DNA from: Paramoeba atlantica | Taxonomy: Eukaryota; Protista; Discosea | DNA length: 64,000 nt | Assembly: GCA_977017575.1 (NCBI GenBank) | Contig: CDRNVI010000029.1 | Coordinates: forward strand, 962,983-1,026,982 | Direction of reading: 5' to 3' | Shown: one piece after another, positions 1-10,330 of the stretch | Layout of the letters: each line of letters opens with the position of its first letter | Position numbering within the stretch: the first letter of the stretch is position 1 | Notes under the pieces: model-generated | The model's input: the letters and a program-made list of their open reading frames with translations, nothing else | What the model was told of the DNA's origin: nothing | Database searches by the model: none | Made by a program: the position numbers and the translations under genes

Positions 1-111
1 TTCAGCCTTACTAACCCTTCACCTATACTTATTTTCCCTTCACCCATACATATTTTTTTTCACTTTATTACTTACTTGCCTACTTACTTTACTTCGCCCT
101 TATCAACTTCG

Positions 112-285
112 CCCGCTTCTCTCCCTCAACCCCCCCCCCGAGCAACCATTCGCGACTTCCCGACTCCACCCGCTTCTTTCCCTCATTCCACCCCCCCCCG
201 AGCATCCATCCGCGCCTTCCAAAACTTTGCCCGCTTTTTTCCCTCACTGCCCCCTAAAAATCAATCCGCGCGTGCTTCACCCCTT
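112..285. repeat. Three degenerate ~57-61 bp C-rich tandem repeats (CCCGCTTY..CCCTCA..CCCCCCC..GAGCA.CCAT.CGCG)
   Basis: Units begin at about 112, 169 and 230 with CCCGCTT; similarity read by eye. Confidence 0.7.
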
Positions 286-542
286 CTTCTAATAGTGCGC
301 GCCTCGGACCGGGTCTCTCGACCTCTCCACGGCCTGGCTAGGGAACCCTTCCCTTGTTATACGGGAGGGCGCAGGCGCGGGCATGTGTCGACAGCGGCAC
401 GGTCACGAAGTTGGGTTTTGATCGCCAGATTCGGATGAATGTTCCGAATCCATACCTATCTCACATTGGGGTACCGTGCTCGTGAAAGCGAGGCGTGAGG
501 ATAGGCACTGTCGGCTCGATCGGCCTCGGGCCGCTCTGGAGG

Positions 543-3500
543 CTACTCCTCCAGAGTTGCGATGGGGTCTTCGGAAGGTGAACGAGCAACCATCATGCGC
601 GCTTGAAAGCGCATAAGGGTTATGTTTAGTTCAGCGAAGATTCGGCTCGTTGCCTCACCTTCCGAAAGTAGACCCCCCGAAGCGTGCGAACACCTCTCAC
701 CGACTTTGCGGAGCACGGCTGAAGCGCTGGGGCTCCAGGCGCCATAACTTTCGACCACCATGGCCGTAAAGTCGCATCCTGCTTCTACGGCTTCTCGACG
801 CTGCTTGCCCTTCTCCATTGAAGAATAATGCTCGGCAAATGACCCCCGCGGCAACCCAGCTAGCGTTTCGGACTTTGTCCGTATATTTAAATTGCTGAGC
901 ATGGGTGACCGCGAAGTCAAGCACAATGGGATTTCCAAGAAAAAGGCTGGGCAAGTATATGTCGCCAGGTCTGGTGAGGGCCCCACCTGGGCCCCTGTTC
1001 CCGAGACTCTTTTCTCGTAGAGGGGCGAGGCGGGCTCGACTTCACACGTCCGCGAACTGATCCGTAACAGCGTTGTGCCTGGTCACAATGCCATGGCCAT
1101 GTTTGCAAGACAGTGCATGGTCCTCTTTGCTGTCAAGGGGGAGCGAACATTTTGGCATGGGGCACGTGCTATCTTCATGGTAAATGTCCACGCCCAACCA
1201 CCAACGGGCCAAAGTTCGGAATTGTGGGGGTGTAAAGGCGTGCCCAAGGTCTTTCGAAGAAGTCACAAAGGCCCAGCTGCTCGCTCCCGTGCCACACTGG
1301 GAGATCCACCTTGCACGGGTTCGTGCATCAGTTGCCTCATATTCCTGGGAAAAGGCATGGGCTGCAATACCATAACTGATTACCCGCTGGCGCGGGATCT
1401 TCCCTTTGGGCCACTGTGGGGGTAACATGTCCTGGCAATCTTCAGAACCGTAGAGGGGAGTCGAGAGTGGGTAGGCGTCCGTGGGTGTGTTGGCCGTGCG
1501 GGATGTCGTACGAAGGACATGTCCCGGAGGCTCGTCCGGGGGGGGATCATTCCCTGGCGGAGTGCGCCTTCTCTTCCGGTAGAAGTACGGCGCGCTCAGG
1601 GCCTTCTCGCATGGGGCGTTGGGAGTTGTGAGAACACGACCTCGGGGATCGAGGAGAGCAGTGCCGGCCTTCTGATTGATGTCGAGGATGGCCTCCGAGA
1701 AACCTTCAGCGTCTGTGGGATCCCAGGAATCTTTGGCAGAGGCAAAGGCGACCGATGCAACGTAAGCCGCGGAGGCGTGGAGAGCTGCGGATCTCAGACC
1801 TAATCCCCCATGGCGCTTCAGTCGCTATGCTTGAGATTGTGCTGACCTGTCCAGAGGACAGATGATTGCCTCTATAGCGGTCATGAGAACGTCGTCTAAA
1901 CGGGAGCAAAGGTGAATCAGGGACTGTGGGGGCGTACTTCTCATGGCATACACCATTTGACAGAACCCCGCACATTGACGAATAAGGGCAAGCGCAACCT
2001 GGGAGTCTTGAATGTTGGTGATGGCATCGAAGGTATCCTCGGCTGGTTCTAGGGCGTGAGAAAGAAGATAAGCAGAGCAGTGGTCGGCGGATCCTACAGG
2101 ACTCCCTAGTATGTCAAAGTTCCCCTGCGAATTGATCTTCTCGTCGGGTATGTCTGGGAAGTAAGAAGCCTGGTGGACCGAGCTGGGGGAAGTAATAATT
2201 TCGCATTTCGACGTATTGAGATGCAAGCCTCATTGAGGTCCTACTCGGGCGATCGTGTCTAGGGCGTCTCTAACTTCCTGCGCCTGGCCAACGAGGACGC
2301 CATCGTCGAGATGCCAGAGTTGGGCGGGAATATCAGTTTGAAGGCAAATGGCTTCTGAGAGCTCCAGGGCCACCAACGAGAAGAGCAATGGTCCTAGGGG
2401 ATCGCCCTGTTGTACTCCTTCCTCGGAGGAGATGAATCGGGCCCCGTAGGTAAGAGAGCTGGGGTCGGAATAGCACCAATTGATCCAAGGGAAGAGTTCC
2501 TGGAAATGTTCCTGTACTAGTGTAAGGAAAGCAGCCCTGCTTACGTTATTGAAAGCGTTACGTAGGTCCACTTTGCACATGACGAAATTCGGGTTTTCCA
2601 TATTGGACATGGCCAGGCGACACATGTGAATGACTCTTTCGGCCCCGGCTGGCGCTGCCACTCCGTACTGTTTGCCTTCAAAGAGCTCGCTCGCTTTGGG
2701 TCGGATTGCGTTGCATACGGCTTTGCTCGCTAATCAGGGTTTCACCGGCAGCGATCGGACGAACATCATTTTCGCCCTTTGATAGGGCGCACAAGCGCGC
2801 CTCTGCAAAGTGCGCCTGTACTTCAGAGGGTGCCTTCCCAGCTAGGAGGTGATTTGTTAGCTTTGTGAGGGATCGGAGAAAGTCATTTACATGTACGAGC
2901 AGTGCTGCCTGTAGGTGCTCTGGGCGTAAGCCAATAGTGCCGGCAGAGGAGCCCCTGTTGAAGCTCTTCAGCGTCTTCGCAACTTCGCGTTCGTCAAGTT
3001 CCAGTGGAGCGCAGTTCGGGGGCGGGCAGTTTTCGCACGAGTCAATTTGAAGACGACGGGGGTGTTTTTCTAGCAATTTTTCAAACGTCTCGTCATCGTC
3101 GGGCGCCATTGGGTCTGACGTTAGGGAGGCCAACCCTCTAGAGAACTCGCCGTGGCGGACGAGGGGTTCTGCTCGAATCGCTGCCTTCTCGTCTTTATCA
3201 GGGAATTCCGTTGGGGATTTTGGTTTTTTTCACAGGCTACAAGTGCTTCGCTCCATAGGTCCGAGTACTCTTGTTCCGCCCAACGCTGCATGCACTTATA
3301 CGCGTGTGAGGCATATGCCATGTGGCCTTTGCGGCCCCCGAGATGCGGAGCTGGTAAAACGCATTTGGAAAGCATGGCCAATAGCGTCCGTGCCTGTAAG
3401 GAGTTTTCAGACACCGCGTTCCGAATGGCGGTGAGGATTTCTTCCCAGATCTGGCGGCGCCGATGAGGCACGTCTTTGCACGTGCTCAGCTGAAGAGAGC

Positions 3501-3561
3501 AGACAGAAGGAAGAGGTGGGAGCTCAAAGTTGGTGTTCTCTGGTGTTGGTGCGGTGCTCAC
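543..3561 (-). mobile_element. Degenerate non-LTR retrotransposon with reverse transcriptase and C-terminal CCHC + restriction-like endonuclease (CRE/R2-like RLE group)
   Basis: Collinear fragments carry RT motifs RPIAAGETL, KVDLRNAFN, GVQQGDPLGPLLF, WHLDDG, GLHLNTSKCE and RHGGLGLR, then CPMPKC..DHALSC..RHN, DFAVT and VESYGAW. Broken by frameshifts (e.g. ~2735) and in-frame stops at 2230-2232 (TGA) and 1825-1827 (TAG). Confidence 0.9.
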
Positions 3562-3753
3562 TTCGTTGGATGGAGTAGGAAGTTCGGGAGAGTGGAGCGT
3601 GACGGTTTTCTTTTTTTTTTCAAAATCGTTTCGCCTATTGTATTTTGAAAGTTTGGTACCTATACTAGCTTTCTACGCCGTTGTTTTCACAAGATACCCC
3701 TTCTTGAAGCCGTGGCACGATTCCCGAAATGACACCCCAAAAAATAGGTGTCC

Positions 3754-3793
3754 TGGCAAAACCAGGCAAAACTCGGCAAAACCCGGCAAAACT
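3754..3793. repeat. Four tandem 10-bp repeats NGGCAAAACY near the 5' boundary of the retroelement
   Basis: tggcaaaacc aggcaaaact cggcaaaacc cggcaaaact. Confidence 0.9.
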
Positions 3794-4289
3794 TAACAGG
3801 TTTCAACCCTCTAAGACAACTGTCTTCTATGAAAAGGCTCACAAGGAGAAAAGTTTAAGTCCATTAGTAGAATTTTACTGAACGTATTTACTATGAAGAG
3901 ACACGGAGGCCAGAGAACTAGAGGTAGACGAACTCCCGTCAGCTGACATCCCTGCTGTTATCCATCCCGTACAGATAGTATGGGCTTCCTTTCGATAGCA
4001 TGGGCTTCCTTACTGTCCTTGGCTTGTCTTCACTACATGGTTGAAATTGGTAGCCCGCGGTTCCTCAGATTACTACAAGCTCAGGCGTAAACACCCTTTT
4101 CGGTCATTTTGCGTGGCAGTGAGGGCATTGGATGACACTGAGTGACTGCACAGGGTCCATTGTATGCGTTCCCTTACAATCCAATGCTTAATTTTATCAT
4201 AAACTCGCTCTTCTCCACCGAAATCTCTCTATTACCCCTCCCTCTCTATTGCGCTGACATTATTTAATATTCCATGTCTGAAGTCCTTT

Positions 4290-5222
4290 TTACAGGACGC
4301 CAGTTGCATCCCACGCATAATGTAAATCCTCGTTTAACCCATTCAGCGCCGACAAGCACTCGCTACTCAACGGAGGCATGTCCCGTACCCGACTATTTTC
4401 GAGAATATGCACAGGTTTCACTGCCTTTGGAATTACACTCATACCGGAGTCCAGTGCCCACAGTAAACACACCTGGGCTGGGGTCATGTCATGGCGCTTG
4501 GCGATTTCTTGCACTACTGGATCTTGCACAATTCGCTTGTGATCGGGCTCTCGGTTTCCATACACCAGCGCGGGAGGCTCAAGATTCCGTCCCATCGACG
4601 TATACGCCATCACATGTATCCCATTCGCTTCGCAGTACTTCCGTAACGGTTGTTGCGTAAGATAGGGGTGTACTTCAACCTGATTGACCGCAGGAATGTT
4701 TTCCGGAAAAGCTTCTCTCAAATCCTGCAGATGTTCTACAGTGAAATTGGACACCCCAATGGAACGCACGCGGCCGGACGCTTTCAACTCAATCAGTGCT
4801 CTCCACGCCTCATGACGTCGTTTGCGGTGCGTAGGACTGCGTGGGTTGGCCAGCTTTCCACCAGGCCAGTGCAACAACAACAAATCAATATAACGCGGGG
4901 TCGTCCCTCTGGGAATGAAATTCATGTCAAGCGCCTGGAGCGATTGTTCACAACTTTCCAAGGCCCCTTCGTAGGACATCGCCTCCCGTGGTACTTTGGT
5001 GATCAAGAATACTTTTTCTCGAGGTGTCGCGGTAGCGAATATTCCGAGCGCGACGTAGGTCTCATTTTTATACCCCCGGGCGGTGTCAATCATAGAATAG
5101 TGGCACACGTTGCACGCATATTGTACGGCATCACTGCATTTATTTTTTCGAGATCGAAAAGTGCCAAGACCAAAGGTAGGCATTCGATTGCCATCGTTGA
5201 GTTCGACGTATTCGGCTCGCAT
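4290..5222 (-). CDS. Aldo/keto reductase (AKR family)
   Basis: MPTFGLGT, IDTARGYKNE, IDLLLLHWP, RSIGVSNF, NQVEVHPY and VIPK motifs. Confidence 0.95.
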   Translation of the reverse strand: MRAEYVELNDGNRMPTFGLGTFRSRKNKCSDAVQYACNVCHYSMIDTARGYKNETYVALGIFATATPREKVFLITKVPREAMSYEGALESCEQSLQALDMNFIPRGTTPRYIDLLLLHWPGGKLANPRSPTHRKRRHEAWRALIELKASGRVRSIGVSNFTVEHLQDLREAFPENIPAVNQVEVHPYLTQQPLRKYCEANGIHVMAYTSMGRNLEPPALVYGNREPDHKRIVQDPVVQEIAKRHDMTPAQVCLLWALDSGMSVIPKAVKPVHILENSRVRDMPPLSSECLSALNGLNEDLHYAWDATGVL

Positions 5223-5598
5223 AGAGAAAACAACGTACTGGGAAATAGAGTCCTAAAAAGAGTGCACAGAGTTGTGTAATAAGGAGTCAGGCTTCACGTG
5301 TGCAGTAAAAAAGGGAAACCAAAAAAATACGCATTACTAGAGGTGGTAACTTATGACCGATACAGATCATTCGATCTCATAGAAAGAAGTTACGATTGCC
5401 ACAGCACATAGGAAAAGCTTTTCTTGTTCATATACTCAAAAAAGAAAGCTACTGTATGTTCTATAGTAGCGTTGAGCTCTTCCAAAATAGTTACAGAGAA
5501 TTCTCATGCGGTGTCACACGTGCACTCATTGAAGAATTGATTTTCATAGAAGCCACCGAATTGATATTACACGTCTAAAGGACCTCTTCTGTTATTCG

Positions 5599-6885
5599 CT
5601 ATCCGTGTTTGGGCAACCGCTTTGCTGAGCTACCCAAGTGGTTGAAAAAATCTTCCAAAGGAGGAAAATCGACTAAAAACTGTGAACTTTCACTTGAAAG
5701 GGGAACGACTAATGCTACGGCGATGTGCACCAACCTTGCCTCATCAGTTTGATTATTGTATGACTGGGTCTGGGCTACAGCCTTACCAATTAATTCTTTA
5801 CCTTTTGTCAAATACATTTCATCTGTGAGACTTAGGAGGACCTCACGAAGGCTCGCCGTCGCACACAGCTGACGGAGAAAATGTTTTTGAGTCGGTTTAT
5901 TTTCCAAAGCTTCCATAAGAAGAGAAAACGTGGATTTGTCTTGATTTTTTATACATGCGCCCGCGAGATTATCTTGCTCTTGGTTTTCAAAGAGTTTATT
6001 CTCGAAATCTCTACGCAAGTGATCTATAAAAATCATAACCTCTCTTGAGGAAACGAAAGACTGCAGTCGAGTGGGATCAATTTCGCCACAGGAGAGGTCT
6101 AGATATCCGTTGCTTCCAGTTTCTCTCTCCGACCTACGCTGCGCATTCGATCCGCTAATTTCAAAGGCATGTTTTGCAATTTTGTGTACACTCTTTATGA
6201 ACGATTCCGTCTCTAATTGCTTTTCAGTATTCCAGAGGTCCGGGAATGTGGATTCAGCAAAGCACATTCCAAGAAAATCGTTGTCCAAGCCTCGGCTGTC
6301 AAGCCCAGATGAAGTTGAGACAGATTCAACAAAAGCATCATAGGTTGCACGAGCAGAGAGAGTCAAAGTTATCATTGCGATAACATAGGGAAGAATAAGA
6401 AAACGCAGGAAACTATTTTCGACAACATTACGCCATAAAACAACACGAGTGGATCGACTTTCGGTCCTGCGTATTTTATCGATAAGCGAATCCACCGGAC
6501 ATAGAGATTCGAACACTGTCTGAATTTTAAGTGAAAATAAAGGATGTGAGCCATGAATTGCAGATCTTTCAGAAGCGGTAAGCCAAGTTCTGACATCATG
6601 CAAGTGCTTACGAAACTTTATATCAAAATTTTGTTGTGCAGATCTCTCCGTTACAAGGTGTGAGCCGATGTACTTGACTCCGTGCGCCAAAAGATCTTCT
6701 CTGGAAGGAAAATATCTCCGTGCGACAATGACTCCAAGGATTAATAAGTTCCAGTACGTCAGGTAGCGCCATCGTCGAGGCCATAAAGCAAAGCGATGGA
6801 GGCCAAGTCGTAGGAAACGCATAAGCCTTTGTATAATTCTGTTGGTAATCGACAATAAGCGACCAATCCTTTGGAAGGAAATCAT
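5599..6885 (-). CDS. Putative peroxin-3 (PEX3)-like membrane protein; the true start may be a downstream Met
   Basis: Basic N-terminus plus TM segment, then LWRNVVENSFLRFLILPYVIAMITL resembling the PEX3 LW..LKI.SFTR..Y helix; similarity recognised by eye only. Confidence 0.45.
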   Translation of the reverse strand: MISFQRIGRLLSITNRIIQRLMRFLRLGLHRFALWPRRWRYLTYWNLLILGVIVARRYFPSREDLLAHGVKYIGSHLVTERSAQQNFDIKFRKHLHDVRTWLTASERSAIHGSHPLFSLKIQTVFESLCPVDSLIDKIRRTESRSTRVVLWRNVVENSFLRFLILPYVIAMITLTLSARATYDAFVESVSTSSGLDSRGLDNDFLGMCFAESTFPDLWNTEKQLETESFIKSVHKIAKHAFEISGSNAQRRSERETGSNGYLDLSCGEIDPTRLQSFVSSREVMIFIDHLRRDFENKLFENQEQDNLAGACIKNQDKSTFSLLMEALENKPTQKHFLRQLCATASLREVLLSLTDEMYLTKGKELIGKAVAQTQSYNNQTDEARLVHIAVALVVPLSSESSQFLVDFPPLEDFFNHLGSSAKRLPKHG

Positions 6886-7198
6886 GAATTTATCTTTTAG
6901 ATTAGAAATGAATTAATTCCTAAATAAAGGGATAGATCAACGGACTTCTCGTTAAAATCTTTGTATCTTTTCCACATCCAAGATTTCATTGTCGAAGGTC
7001 AACTTCATGAGCTCATCGAAGGTTCATGACCATCAAATTGGACTGATTGATTCAATCAAACTCAGTCCTTGTTGTCTACAACATCTAAGCGTCGTAATGA
7101 AAGTTGTACTCAGCATCACGAACAGAAATAAAAAGGCGAAAGAATTCTGTCGGCAAGGAGGCAAGTCAATTTGACTCAAGGACAAACTTTTGTTGCTA

Positions 7199-8110
7199 TT
7201 ATTCTACGAGTTGTTTCAGCTGATTTATTAACACATTTATTTTGTAATCAAGTTGCGTGTTCGCCTTAGGCGAATTAGCTGGTATCCATAATCGTTTTCT
7301 ATGTCTAACTAGGCTGGTCGTAGAGGGGTGATCTACTAGTGATTTGCGTTGAAGTGTATATCTATCTGAATCTAATTTGATATTTGGCCAGACTAGGTAA
7401 GTAGCACGCTGTTTTTTCTTGGAATCTGTGCTGATCGCTTGAATAGTCTTTTGCAAAAAGGATTGTAGTGAAACCCATGCATCTCGATGTTTGACAACTT
7501 CGCACAACCAGGGCATAATGCGAAGTAGGCAATCAGAAGCTTGGAAAAGCGGGATAGAATATGCAGCTCCATCCTTTAAGGCACCCACGTTGTTTTCAAG
7601 AACAAACGTTTTTTCGTCTCTAATCAATTGGCCTGATTGTTTCCTTTGTAGAAGTTCCTGTCTTTCTGCCTTGTATTTTTGTATCATCGCACAAAATTTG
7701 TGCTGGTATTGAAAATAGGTATGACGCATGTTATTATGTGCGCCAACGTATAAGTTCAATGTCTCTTCTAAATACGATTTTGAGGCTTCTTCTTCTTTCA
7801 CAATTTTTTGCCTTGTTGCACTTTCAACCGCCAACAGTGACATACGAAAACGTTTTGACAACTTGATTTTGGGTGTTCCTGATGATACATTAATCCAATC
7901 AGGCGTAGGTATGGCTAAAATTCTGCTTTCCCTCCTTTTAGAGCAACCTCCCGTCCGGAGGACTTTTGAATGCGGGGAACTTGATAATTGAGTATAATGA
8001 GACGCATCATTTCCTACCCGATGTTCGTCATGAAAAGATTCCATGCTGCAAGGGGCAAAATGAGACGAATCCGTTCGGTTTACAACAATGTGGTGCAAAG
8101 TACTTGACAT
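7199..8110 (-). CDS. Hypothetical protein (303 aa, central coiled coil)
   Basis: Long ATG-started ORF on the cluster strand; no recognisable motif. Confidence 0.6.
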   Translation of the reverse strand: MSSTLHHIVVNRTDSSHFAPCSMESFHDEHRVGNDASHYTQLSSSPHSKVLRTGGCSKRRESRILAIPTPDWINVSSGTPKIKLSKRFRMSLLAVESATRQKIVKEEEASKSYLEETLNLYVGAHNNMRHTYFQYQHKFCAMIQKYKAERQELLQRKQSGQLIRDEKTFVLENNVGALKDGAAYSIPLFQASDCLLRIMPWLCEVVKHRDAWVSLQSFLQKTIQAISTDSKKKQRATYLVWPNIKLDSDRYTLQRKSLVDHPSTTSLVRHRKRLWIPANSPKANTQLDYKINVLINQLKQLVE

Positions 8111-8440
8111 TTAAATATTGGAATGTTATGCGACGTGATTTCCCGAGTCGTTTAGAACATGGAAAATATTTGATTAATGGGTTATTTGGTAACCTATGAG
8201 AATGATCTTACAGAGGTCATCCCTATCCTACACCATGTAGTTGATTAATATACCCCATGTTACATGACTTTTTGTACACACCTGCGTTTAAGCGCAACAC
8301 GGCAGACCCTGTTATTCATGCCCACTGACATGCAGTCAGAATGCTCGAATTTCTTCCCGACACGAAGCACGTGATCGCCCGTAAAAGCGGACGTTTTCTT
8401 TTAAAAAACGAGAGGCACTAAAAGTGGAAAGGACGGTAAT

Positions 8441-9775
8441 TTATCTGTGTTCACATGAACATGTTCCACTGCAACTACAGAGCATACAATCACCTTTGCC
8501 ACTCGAATCGGATTCGGATAATTCGGGTTCTCGTACTGCAATATGTGAAGTAGCATCTTTGCCTGACAATTGTTCAGTACTATTATTATGCGGTGATACT
8601 AGTTTTGCAACAAATTCTGTTCTGACAGCAATGCTTGCAGCTTTCTCCAGTAGTGCATCGGGTGTGTATTTGTTTAAAGCTTCCCTATGATCAAATACTG
8701 TAAAGCTGAGTCCTATACTTTTAATAAGAAGATCGGTTTGCGGATTGTTTGTTGAAAGGTATCTGGCGGACCTTCCTCCACTAGTCCATGATCCATAAGG
8801 AACACTACGCTGAAAAGATGGAATTTCGATATTTTCACATTTGGCACCTAACTCGGCTATCTCACGTGAAATCAACATTTCGGTGTCAATTAACGGATTC
8901 GGAAGTAGCTTTGTTTTTTCTGTCACACGTAGAATTGCGACCCATTCTCGATCCATTAGCAATGTTCTGCTAGAGTCCGCATTTTGAGCGTATAAAACTT
9001 GCAAGAAGTTTCTCCGTGGACCTGGCTTATCCAAAGCGAGAAAACGCGTCTTCCTATGCCCGTCGTGAGAAAGAATAGCTGCAAATTTAGTATGTAAATG
9101 TGCACTAAACCAATATGATGGCTTTAAAAGCCGAAGAAGTGACATTGCGTGAGGATTTCCGAGACGTTTTCTAGATATATCGTCTTCGAAGTGCGGCTTT
9201 TGCCGCAGCAACCTCTCAATGTTGCCGAAATCTGTTATGCCTAGTGGCCAGTCGTGGGAAACCATGATATCTATACTTGGGCTCAGCAAACTCAGTTTCT
9301 CCGCATCGGATCTTCGGATGTGATAAATACTTCTCTCAGTTCCGCGCGTAAAAGGTGGCGTTTCGGTAGTTGGGAGGTTTTCGTCCCTCCGGTTGTATAT
9401 GCCACTAATTCCAGCGATTCGCAGTCCAGCAAACTGCACACACCCAGTGCATCCTAGATAATAAATATTATCTGCCAACCATCCACCGTAGTACAGCTCC
9501 TTCAAGTAATTACTCGCCTCATGATTACCTCCTATGACGATCGTGAGAAGAGGAGCAAGCTTGGTGCCAGCGTAGTATTGGTAAAAGTCTCCCAAACGAC
9601 GGTACTTTTCTGGGACAGCTACGCATCCGAGATCCTCAGCATTTCGAGAGGCTTCAAGGTCACCACAGACAATGAGCAGTTCAATTTTTATTCCTTGATA
9701 TGACTCAATTCGACGAATACTATCATAAATAAGATCCAATTGACCGTGAGCACATCCTTCTACAGCGTAGTACAT
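8441..9775 (-). CDS. DBR1: RNA lariat debranching enzyme (metallophosphoesterase)
   Basis: AVEGCAHG, CGD, GGNHE, SHDWP, SAHLH and FLALDK motifs; start placed at MYYAVEG (ATG 9775). Confidence 0.95.
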   Translation of the reverse strand: MYYAVEGCAHGQLDLIYDSIRRIESYQGIKIELLIVCGDLEASRNAEDLGCVAVPEKYRRLGDFYQYYAGTKLAPLLTIVIGGNHEASNYLKELYYGGWLADNIYYLGCTGCVQFAGLRIAGISGIYNRRDENLPTTETPPFTRGTERSIYHIRRSDAEKLSLLSPSIDIMVSHDWPLGITDFGNIERLLRQKPHFEDDISRKRLGNPHAMSLLRLLKPSYWFSAHLHTKFAAILSHDGHRKTRFLALDKPGPRRNFLQVLYAQNADSSRTLLMDREWVAILRVTEKTKLLPNPLIDTEMLISREIAELGAKCENIEIPSFQRSVPYGSWTSGGRSARYLSTNNPQTDLLIKSIGLSFTVFDHREALNKYTPDALLEKAASIAVRTEFVAKLVSPHNNSTEQLSGKDATSHIAVREPELSESDSSGKGDCMLCSCSGTCSCEHR

Positions 9776-10330
9776 GCAATATGGTAGATTAACCCGACAT
9801 TTTCTGTAATTACTATTTTTCAACAAAGTAACTAGGCTAAACGTTCTGATCAACGTAGTATACTCTACGAATACAACCTTAAAATCACATATTGGTCATG
9901 CGTAAAGATCAGTAAACGTTCGTGGAATCCCATGCGAAATTCTTTTCTAAGGTACAAAACACAGTTCTTCACCGTATACCCTTGAAAAGTACAGTGTGAG
10001 TTGCAGAGGGGGCTGTAGATTCATTCATGTACTTTCAATGAGCTTCGTGAGCCTTTTGAAGACAAGCACTTAGAAAAATGCTTCGAAAAAGTGTGTCCAG
10101 GCGCATTTTCTAGACGAAATATTCCTTTCGAGTCAAACGCCTTCGATCATATTGCAGAATCTGTGGTAGATGTAATTGGCACGATTACGGAGCACTATGT
10201 AAAACACAGTACGACGAGGGATGCAAAGCTGTATGAAATGTGGCCGAAGCCTCATATTCTTGATGTAATCTCTACATCCCTGTATTGATATACATCTGTT
10301 TGTGTCCGTTATTTATATTTCTTTCGGGTC

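Noticed and set aside
1-60. Telomere repeat at the window start
   Set aside because: Only isolated CTAACCCT-like hexamers, no array.
3790-3830. Spliced-leader exon or target site next to the retroelement (AACTTAACAGGTTTC)
   Set aside because: Only a loose resemblance to the SL ...AACAGTTTCTGTAC...; wrong strand and no full exon or GT donor.
4125-4187. 9-bp inverted repeat GCATTGGAT/ATCCAATGC as an H/ACA RNA
   Set aside because: No AGA/ACA box after the stem on either strand and no second copy.
4650-5279. Long plus-strand ORFs antisense to real genes (also 11306-11941, 22576-23004, 35003-35623)
   Set aside because: These are shadows of conserved minus-strand CDSs with no motifs of their own.
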